Shown: piece by piece, positions 1 to 8,482 of the stretch
Layout of the letters: every line of letters begins with the position of its first letter
Position numbering within the stretch: position 1 is the first letter of the stretch
Assembly: GCA_051362555.1 (NCBI GenBank)
Contig: CM120642.1
Coordinates: 434,001 to 498,000 of the forward strand
Reading direction: 5' to 3'
Source: Lingula anatina
Lineage: Eukaryota; Animalia; Brachiopoda
Length of the DNA stretch: 64,000 nt
The notes under the pieces: model-generated
The model's input: the letters and a program-made list of their open reading frames with translations, nothing else
The model's database searches: none
What the model was told of the DNA's origin: nothing
Program-made: the position numbers and the translations under genes

Positions 1-346
1 TTTGTTTGTTTGTTTGTTTGTCATCAACATAACTCAAAAAGTTATGGATGAACTTCGAATGGGTTAACTTAGAAGTGATTAGTTTTTGGTGGTGATCCAG
101 ATCAATAATCAATATTCAAAAACCAAAAACCATGAAATTTTCAGGAACTGTCAGAAGTGGGCCAAGGAAAAGATGATTAATATTTGGTGGTGATCCGGAT
201 CTATAATCAATCTATAATCAATAATCAAAAAAAAAAAAAAAAAAAAAAACTAAATCATTATAGAATGAAAATTTATTGGTGAAACGGCATTGGGTGGAGA
301 CTTTGCTGCCTTGGCGGAGGTCTACGCTCTCGGAGTGCTTTTCTAG
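1..346 (+). mobile_element. 3' part of a non-autonomous Helentron/HINE (DINE-1-like) element
   Basis: (GTTT)n microsatellite, internally duplicated 'tttggtggtgatcc(a/g)gatc' block, subterminal GGCGGAGG, short stem-loop cgctc..gagtg and terminal CTAG followed by a T-run. Confidence 0.6.
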
Positions 347-612
347 TTTTAAATGTAACTGTATTCATTCTTATCATCCCTTTTTGAATATACTGACTTA
401 TATATAATGTGTATTTTTCTTTTGCACTCTTAAGGAAAGCATATACTGTTATCTGCAATGTACCTTTTTTTCTCTTGAATAAACCTTTTTTTAACGCAGT
501 ATTATTAACACATTTATTGATTCCAATCTTTATTACTGTTTTCAACCAAAAATAAAATAAAAAAAAAATTAAAAAAAAAAAAAAAACGGACATCCGTGTT
601 AAGTTTAACAAC

Positions 613-831
613 CTGTGAGACGCCAACATGTTGTCAAATTCCTCTATATTCTGTGGGAGATCTCTACACATGGTCTCCGGTAACAGCAGCGACAGCAGTC
701 CTGCGAGGATCGATTCAACTCCAAGGATGATAAAAGGCAGTGCAGCAATTGTTTCTTTAAGTAAAAATACTTGAGGTGTCACGGCGCTGCCGACTCGGGC
801 GAAGGTAGATGACATTCCCACAGCTATGGTT
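613..831 (-). CDS. SLC22-like exon 8
   Basis: ttccag|A ACC ATA GCT GTG GGA ATG (TIAVGMSSTFARVG...LLLPET); probable donor CAC AG|gttgtt at 613/612. Confidence 0.8.
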
Positions 832-3800
832 CTGGAAAATTCAAGTACCTGCTATGTGCTTGACAAAAATTAAACAAACTAAAGATAAAACCTTACTGAA
901 GATCGTACTGGAAAATTCGTCGCAGTAACTTAGCTGTAGCTACCACTCGAAGCACGAGACATTGGATATATTGGACTCGGTTCCCATACCTAGATTTCTA
1001 ACAGGATCGATCCATCTCCACGATGTTTCTCGCTAAATTGCTTTCGGCTTAAGCGGTTCAGATGTCTGTCACGCCTACTGAAGCTGCTAAACGATAATTT
1101 ATTACACCCTAACAGCTTCAGCAGGCGTGACAGTCATCTCAGCCGCTTACGTTGACTGCAATTCACCAATAATCCACTTTGAGATAGATCGATCCACAGT
1201 TAGTATGATAGGGTCTGGGAATGGTTCCTTAGTTGAGGACGCCTTACCTTATTACCGTCGGATAAACCTCGGCCGTCACCACGTAGATGATGGTAAAAGA
1301 CGCGGAAATGCCCATCTTACCGAGGACTGCTAAGGTTAGTATTAACCAGTGTAAATCTGAAGTAATACAATATAATATAATATAATATAATATAATATAA
1401 TATAATATAATATAATATAATATCCATCTTACCCAGGACTGTTAGCGTCAGTATTAACCAGTGTAAATCTGAGGTAATATGATATAGAATAGAATAGAAT
1501 AGAATAGAATAGAATAGAATAGAATAGAATAGAATAGAATAGACCCAATGAATGAGAATGAGTGCGATTGCTCCTTTAAGAGCGCTGTGTTTCCTAAAAC
1601 CACTCATATTTAACATGTAAACGGTGGCTCACTATAAATTAGCCGAGAACACAATACCCCTATGCCCTTTCTACTAATTTGACACGGAGGTAAGCGGCCG
1701 ATATATGAGCCTAAGGGCGCATTCCCATAGATTTTAGATCGATCTATCCCCGTGGGGAGTCTCACTAGATTACTGTCAGATAATCCGGCTTAATTGTCCG
1801 TCCCGCCTACTACAAGCTGTAAGGGGGTAATTAACTTTCGTTCCCGCTCGGCTGACAACTATTCAACGTGAACCCCCCAGGGAGTTAGGTCGATCTAGTT
1901 GGATCGATCTAATCTCTGGGAATGGGGTCTAAATCTTCAAAGGATAACAACGTGACACAGATGGTCCATTTTAAGGTATTTTTCAAACTCTGATAACGAG
2001 ACTATGGGTGGGATATCCCACCAAGTTCATACCAAGGAGGGATAGACCATCTATTCTCTATCAGGGTGGCAGATATTATAGGGCAATTTTCCAAAACAAG
2101 AGCTTTATCTAAAGACATTGCGGCCATTCAGAAGGAGAAGAGCCGAGTCCTAGCTAGGCCACGACCTAAATATGGCGGACCTACATGAAAGGAAGACCAC
2201 TTAATCCTGTAATGGTCTCTTCGCCTCTCTCACGGCTCCCCACGCGTCGTCCTTCGACTGGTTGAATTGAGCCGAGATTTAATTGCTGTATCCCTGCAGG
2301 GACGACGCATGTGAAAGGCGGAAAAGCCATTACCGGCTTAAGCGGTCTTCCTTTCATGAGGTCCACCACCATATTTAGGTCGTGGCCTAGCGAGCACTCG
2401 ACTCTTCTCATTCTGAATGGCCGCATTATCTGTAAATATCGTGTGAAAAATCAATCTGTCGCCCTGGTAGAGGGTGCAGGGCATCTAGGATCCAAACTAA
2501 GTAAGATATTTGAGATTTTAAAACAAATGTTAATGTGGTTCTTCTGCAGACGGATAAAATCTGACATACTGTAAAATTACAAGAGGTAACTTAAAGCACC
2601 TGCAGGTAGAGAGCCGGAAACTATGCAAGCCACTCCCCCGAGAACCATGAACGCTGCCAGCGTTCTCCTCCTTCCGATCTTATCTAGGAGGACCAGAGCC
2701 AGGGTATAGCCCGGGAACTCAATGGCCCCCATCAACAGGAAGTTCACGTACAGATTACCGCCCAAACTTTCCAGGTTCAGCGTCAAGCCGTAGTACACCA
2801 TGCTGTTGACCATCCTGGAAAGTAAACAGCAGCTGAGACAGAAATGAACTCGGTTTGAAAAATTAAACAATAACTAAAGAAAAAAGATATAAAGAAGTAG
2901 ATTGGATTGCTTTTACGCCTTGAAGAGACGCCACACTGCTCCGCGGATGATTTAAATTAAATGTCATCTCACCAGTTAAAGCACACGTTAGCTGTCAACG
3001 CCGCCCGCCTCCATGTTCGCACCATGTCTATAGGGGAGTAAGTCCGGGGAGAAAGGACCACCTCATCTTCGTCCTCTAGAACGGACTGAATAGTCTCAGC
3101 ATCAGGCTCAGATTTGATATTTGTCCTAGAAATTGCCCGGATCAAGTCGACTGCTTCTTCGGTGCGATTTCTGGACAGCAGCCAACGGAAAGACTCGGGA
3201 AGAACGCTGAAATTAACAGCGATGAAACTGCAGTTTTCTATGGTTTGAAATGAAAGGAAAGTTAAATCAGTAGACGGTTTGGTACCTGTAACTTCAACGC
3301 CACCTGTCCTGGCTTTGAGGTGAAAACAGGCTTCGAAGACATTCTTTTAAGATTTATGCCGCAAAATATTAACATCGGGTTATCTTGGGATAAAACTTGA
3401 GTTCTATATGACTTGTACTATGTAAGATATAGACAGCAGGATATCTTGGGGAAAAACTAGCACGTGTAATACAACATTGGTCAAAAAGGTTGTCCCACCC
3501 CCATTTCCATGTACTTATATTTACAATTGATCACCTCACAGATGTAAATTTTTATAAACGCTGCTTTTTATTCCAGATTCCATGTCTAACGTGATTAACG
3601 GTTCAGAAAATACAAAATAGTGGCGAAAATATGCACATTTTATACCATTTAGTCAATTTTATAACAGGTACCCCCTCAAATCCAATGTTTTACTGTGATT
3701 TCCACAGATGTTAAGAAATGTCTATTAAATTTAAAAGACGCCATCAAATGTCACCAAATATACACACAATTAGCATTAGGATGTACTCGTTAAAGGTCAC

Positions 3801-4531
3801 ATGCCTAATAGCGTGTCTGCCTGCCGAGTACTGCAATTATCTCCTGTAGGCGGCGCGACAAGCCTTCAACAAGGGTAACAATTCTGTTTTGAGGGATATT
3901 GTCCCATTCATCCTAAAGAGCGTGGCGGTATTGGTCCAGATTATTTGGGAACTGGTTCTCTTCTGCAATGCACATCCAATGTTGTATCTCCGAGGACAAA
4001 ACTTTAGTCAGTTTGACTAAGCTTTCTTATTCAACAACTGTGGCTAGGCCTGTTACTCCCTTCACATATGATCTTAGTAAATGTTATATAAATACTTTTT
4101 AATCGAAGTGAAAATGCAAACGACATGAATTTAGCCAAGAGAACGATTGCTAAATTTACAAGAACGAAAATAGATAAAGATCAGCTGCTGATGATGATGA
4201 TTATTATTGATAGAGCAGTTTAAGAGTAGTATCACACAAGCACCGTGCAACCCAAAGTGCTATCCAAGCCTATTAAACATTTTATATGGATTTTAGACTA
4301 TAAATAAGTATTATTATTATTAACATCGTTAATATTCTGATCTTACTTACAAATAATAAAGGCCAAAAAGGTACCCGGGCACTATCAACGCCAGATTCAG
4401 GTGGCGCCAGTCTCTTATGAAGTAGGCAAACAGCACGATGTAGAAGTAACCAAAGCTAAAGAAATACATTATACCAAAACCGGCTAGTTTACGCTTACTC
4501 GGGCCCACAAATTCAACTCCTGCAAAAAATA

Positions 4532-4563
<32 letters not shown>

Positions 4564-6205
4564 AATTCTGAGAGCGTAGGGTAAATAACAGAAACTTAAT
4601 AAATTACAGGAAAAAGGTATCTTAATGCGTCGCTAGCTGTAAAAACATGGGGTTAATCTCTCTGTCTCTCCTCAGCATACCTAGAGTGTATATTGAAAAG
4701 AAAACACATCCGGTGATGATCCCCTGCAGACCTAGAGACGCTATATACACCGTCATGGAGGGAGACAAAGCGGTAACTACACCCACTGACACCGACAACA
4801 TCACGGCCACCAGGAACGTAGGTCGTCTGCCGAACCTGAAACAGACATCACTTCTGAAATATGTCGTTCTTGAAAGATAAAGGATATTTAAAGAAGAACA
4901 TGTCAGGAATACTTCCCGTTTGTAAATTGTTATTTTGGTTGAAATAACCACGTATCTAAACTCCAAAATTGCGTTTATAGATAATCATTATTTTCCACTG
5001 AACGGTGCATCTTTATCACCAAGGTTTTCGAGTCATGTTTGGCGTTTTCAGAACAGTGCTGCCATGGCATACATGTATATACCCACCATCAGTAAAATAA
5101 CAAACAAGGAGAACATTAAAACCATATAATTATACCTAACAAAAAATGAAAGTGAATTAAAATGTCCATAATTAATTGACTTGGTCCAAAGCAAACTCAC
5201 CTATCACTTATGGTCCCACTTAAAGCGTCTCCCACCACTTTCCCTACAAAGAACGCGGACTGGCTGGCGCCCACCATCCACTCTCTTCCACAGCTCAAAT
5301 CAAACTGAAGATAACGCAGGGGATAGATCGATCTTATATAAGATCAAATGAAGTTGGTATATGAGGAAGCTCTTGTTTTAGATATGTACAGTTTGTCAAT
5401 GTCAGGACGATCTGAGAATAAACTAGCCGCTGTGATCACTATGCTGATAAAATACCAACTTACACACGAGCACATCATGTATCTAAATCTTAAGTGTGTT
5501 AAGAGACCTTTCCCAGAGACTATGACTGGGTTCCTGCATATTTGGATCGATCTATCTCCAAGGGGATTCTCGCTTAATTGCAATTAACTAAAGTGGCTAA
5601 GATGTCTGTTACGCCTACTGAAGCTGATAGGGGGTAATTAACTATCGTATAGCAGTAGGCGTCCCAGACATCTAAACCACTTAAGCTGAAAGCAATTAAG
5701 CGAGAAACTCTGTGGAGATGGACCAATCCTGTTAGATCGATCTAGGGATGGGAACCCAGTCTAAAAGATACATTTCCACATCTACCTCTGACACCACCGT
5801 TGATGTATAAATATCCTGGCTATATTCCAGTCCCAGAGGACACGCTATGCTTTCTGTCTCGTTAACACTTGGAACAGAGTGCGTCTCATTATAGGAGGTG
5901 AGAGTTTGGTTAGGCCTTGTCCATGGATAAAGCTTACAACTGCTTCTAGTCAGTTGGCCGCCGTTTTCTTCCCAAGGGATGGACAGGTTGAGCAGCTCCT
6001 CGTGGGAAAGGTTGCCGTAGACCCTCTCCGCGCGCGCCACGTGCTCAGCGGGCAGTTTACAGTGGTGTTTGGGCGTTGCCGCCAGGAACACCGTCGCCAG
6101 TAGGGGTAATATTGCATATAACCCAACAAGACATACCAGAAAATACTGTCGTCTCTGGTAAGTACCAAACTCTCCGATAACCTGCAGAAGCCCGTCCAAA
6201 TGCAT
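613..6205 (-). CDS. SLC22-family organic cation/carnitine transporter-like MFS protein (multi-exon; 3' end probably outside the window)
   Basis: Exons 6205-5786, 5304-5201, 4835-4681, 4519-4351, 3206-2973, 2814-2600, 1356-1248 and 831-613, all GT-AG and phase-consistent (about 541 codons). Family motifs: N-terminal 'LQVIGEFGTYQ', large Cys/N-glycosylated extracellular loop, 'STVVSEFDLSC', 'SDRFGRRP', 'VEFVGPSKR', 'LPESFRWL', 'DKIGRR', 'AEVYPTVIR', 'LLLPET'. Subfamily cannot be assigned by eye. Confidence 0.93.
974..1228. mobile_element. PIF/Harbinger-type MITE, family A copy
   Basis: Imperfect palindrome with ...TTCCCA / TGGGAA... termini, gatcgatc subterminal motif and central tgtcacgcctactgaagctg / cagcttcagcaggcgtgaca; reverse-complement homolog of 5503-5761. 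Confidence 0.65.
1248..1356 (-). CDS. SLC22-like exon 7
   Basis: cttcag|AT TTA CAC TGG...GKMGISASFTIIYVVTAEVYPTVI AG|gtaagg. Confidence 0.9.
1367..1541. repeat. (TATAA)n and (TAGAA)n pentanucleotide microsatellites flanking a duplicated exon fragment
   Basis: Direct reading: about 1367-1422 and about 1484-1541. Confidence 0.9.
1715..1929. mobile_element. PIF/Harbinger-type MITE, family A-related
   Basis: TAA|GGGCGCATTCCCA...TGGGAATGGGGTC|TAA; TAA target duplication; shares gatcgatctatc and gggggtaattaact with the other copies. Confidence 0.7.
2120..2424. mobile_element. Palindromic MITE with about 95-bp imperfect arms
   Basis: gcggccattcagaaggagaagag... / ...ctcttctcattctgaatggccgc, flanked by ATT on both sides (possible 3-bp TSD). 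Confidence 0.7.
2600..2814 (-). CDS. SLC22-like exon 6
   Basis: ttccag|G ATG GTC AAC AGC (MVNSMVYYGL...GNLYVNF...DKIGRR)...GCA G|gtgctt. Confidence 0.9.
2973..3206 (-). CDS. SLC22-like exon 5
   Basis: tttcag|C GTT CTT CCC GAG TCT TTC CGT TGG (LPESFRWL)...AAC TG|gtgaga. Confidence 0.9.
3472..3984 (-). mobile_element. Internally deleted Tc1/mariner element with transposase C-terminal remnant
   Basis: TA|CAACATTGG...CCAATGTTG|TA. Minus strand about 3978-3805 translates to ...FPNNLDQYRHAL*DEWDNIPQNRIVTLVEGLSRRLQEIIAVLGRQTRY*, the typical Tc1 transposase C-terminus with an internal stop. Confidence 0.8.
4351..4519 (-). CDS. SLC22-like exon 4
   Basis: ttgcag|GA GTT GAA TTT GTG GGC CCG (VEFVGPSKR...IRDWRHL)...TT|gtaagt. 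Confidence 0.9.
4531..4564. repeat. (GAAA)n microsatellite forming the polypyrimidine tract of SLC22 exon 4
   Basis: Direct reading. Confidence 0.85.
4681..4835 (-). CDS. SLC22-like exon 3
   Basis: tttcag|G TTC GGC AGA CGA (FGRRPTF)...CTA G|gtatgc. Confidence 0.9.
5201..5304 (-). CDS. SLC22-like exon 2 (missed by ORF track)
   Basis: cttcag|TTT GAT TTG AGC TGT...AGT GAT AG|gtgagt; 104 nt, FDLSCGREWMVGASQSAFFVGKVVGDALSGTISDR. Confidence 0.9.
5503..5761. mobile_element. PIF/Harbinger-type MITE, family A copy
   Basis: TAA|GAGACCTTTCCCA...TGGGAACCCAGTC|TAA; homologous to 974-1228 in opposite orientation. Confidence 0.7.
5786..6205 (-). CDS. SLC22-like exon 1
   Basis: aaaacaATG start (MHLDGLLQVIGEFG...TSTVVSE), donor GAG|gtagat, phase 0. 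Confidence 0.88.
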
Positions 6206-6882
6206 TGTTTTAGAGTTAAAAGTGGATCTCTCTCTTTTTCCACTTGATTCTTTAGTTATGAAGTTGTAGCACGTATATATATATTTTGTAGAGACATATT
6301 GTCGCCACACGCAAACTGCGGCTAGATAATATCACATTATATAAATGACGTGGCTAAGCACCATACTTATGGCACCCACTGTCAACTCATCGCTTTGCAC
6401 TGTGCATTTCACAAAAATCTTAATAGCAGTTTTGTTGATAAAATATGACAGTGTTTTGACCCGGCGACGAGCTTTGATTTGTTTTAATGGGGATGGAAAC
6501 ATGTGAATACTGCATTGCTTTTGAATGAAAAGTTTGGGCTTAGTTTAGTTTAGTTTCAGTTAGGCTGCTTAGGACCCAGACCTTATATTAACAGTAAGTA
6601 TGTGCAAAGACTGCTTTATCGTATGAATTTTTGCTGGTCACACAGGACCTGCAACAATTGTGATCATGGTAGTGGGCCAAAATTCATTTTCCATGCGGTT
6701 GTAAACTTGGAGTTAAAGCACTGTCACACCTAGCCTGAAATATTGCCCATACGCAGACTTAACGTCATATACGTCTCGAGTACGCACACAAACCGGAGGG
6801 AGATGGCGCTGCTTTTATCTTCATTCTAATACGCTGAAAACAGGGCGGTTTAATACGAGTAAGTTGTGCGTATAATGGAAGA

Positions 6883-7101
6883 CAGTGGCGGATGTTGGGA
6901 GAGGGGACAGGGGGGGCCTGCACCCCCCCTCCTTTCGATTTTTTTTTTAAATCACACCAATGGTACAATCTTCAAATAAGAATTTTGACAAGCTAAATCA
7001 GTTCTAAACCGAATCAATTAAATGGTACCATTAGGTAGCCCTCTGACATATCAAAATTTTCGGGGCCATTCATTCGGCTTCTCATCATGGATCCGCCTCT
7101 G
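6883..7101. mobile_element. MITE with CAGTGGCGGAT...ATCCGCCTCTG termini
   Basis: Terminal inverted repeats, G/C-run hairpin near the left end, flanks GAAGA/GACGA (degenerate 5-bp TSD). Confidence 0.6.
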
Positions 7102-7107
7102 GACGAC

Positions 7108-7530
7108 CAGGGCCGTAGCCTCCGGGGGGGCAGGGGGGGCAGCTGCCCCCCCTGGGATTTGAGGTGCAAAAAAAAAAAAATAATAATAATAATCGCAAAG
7201 GTAAAAAAATAATAATTGCAAAGTTGGTATCAATTCTGTGAGAAAATGCACTCATGGCCACTAGACAATCATTCAACAATCTGTTTACAAAGGTGTACTG
7301 TTTTTAGCTAACTCAGTTCATGCCAAAAAAATGACTGTACTTATGGCAAAAAGAACCCACAATTTCTGACTTCTGATTGAGCAATAAATAACAGTTAAAA
7401 TGCACCAAAATGCGGTATTATACATACAGTTTTTAAAAATTTTCCACACCGTCGGAGGGGGACACGCCCCTCCCACCCCCTCCTCCCTCGGGTGCTTCGC
7501 CCCCTTATGTCTGCTTACTGCCCCCCCATT
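7108..7530. mobile_element. Truncated MITE starting CAGGGCCGTAGC with G/C-run hairpins
   Basis: cagggccgtagcc...gggggggcagctgccccccc and later ggagggggacacgcccctccc hairpin; no matching right TIR found. Confidence 0.45.
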
Positions 7531-8365
7531 AAGCTTGTATTCAAGCAACGAATCTAATTAAGTGCCGGGACGGGTTTTGTAATGAATGGTAAGCGCAATT
7601 TGCTCCTTTCTCGAGAAAACAAATAATTTTGATGGGTAAATCCTGTGTAGAAAAGGGCCTACATTTAAGTCATGAAATATCTGCATGCGTTCGATTATAC
7701 ATACATGTCTGATATTATTGTTCATTAGGGTAGACTATTTTGGTAGGCCCTTGTTTTAAGGGTTATAGCCTACACGTAGATATTTTTAGGTTCAGCAACC
7801 AATGACGCCAACCATGGAGACAAGATGAGGCATATGACAAGATAAGTAAATAAATTAATAAATAAAATTTTAAAAAGGAAATTTACAAAGTAGAAAAAAT
7901 TGGGTTTGGTGGATTTCCCCATGCCTCATTTTGTAAAATTGGAAAATTTAAAAATTATTAAAATAATCTTAGGACCACAACCAGCCACAGACAGGACCCC
8001 CTCTCCATCCTGGCCCCGATCCTCCTCTCTTCGTTCAGCCTCCACCTCTCTCCTCCAGGTGTGCTACGTACGTACTGCCTCTCACTGGGGTCCCAGGACA
8101 GGTGCAGAGAGCTACTAGTACAGTACTGTAGTGTGGCGGTTGCGTCTATTGTGATCTTTCTAAGGGTATGACCAAGACTTTTCCAGTATGAGCAATTAAA
8201 CACAAAGTTATATTTCACACGGTTATTATATAAACTGGATTGTGCATCGTAAAAAGACGTAACACTGACAGCAGAAACGAAAGTAAAACTTGAGAAGAGA
8301 CCGTTAAGCACTGACATGCTCTTTAGCACACGAAGGTCCGATTATCTTATATTTGACCCATACAG

Positions 8366-8374
8366 TTTCGCGCC
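8366..8374 (+). promoter_or_regulatory. E2F-type site TTTCGCGCC just upstream of DCTD ATG
   Basis: Exact match to TTTSSCGC ending about 10 nt before the start codon of a dNTP-synthesis gene. Confidence 0.55.
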
Positions 8375-8384
8375 AACTTGCAAA

Positions 8385-8482
8385 ATGGCAGATCGAGAAG
8401 AAGAGACCCGGAAGCGCTGTAGCTCAGCGCCAACTAATGGACTTCAGTCCACCCCGGAGAAGAAACCGTGTTTAACAAGCAG
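8385..8482 (+). CDS. DCTD: DCTD exon 1
   Basis: caaaATGG start; [14 protein letters not shown]...; donor AG|gtaagt, phase 2. Confidence 0.8.

Noticed and set aside
273-612. C-terminal half of ORF 273-821 as real protein
   Set aside because: It runs past a likely donor at 613 into poly-T intron sequence and the HINE-like repeat.
2181-2574. Paired ORFs 2181-2426 (-) and 2311-2574 (+) sharing ITGLSGLPFM
   Set aside because: The shared peptide is an artefact of the palindromic MITE arms.
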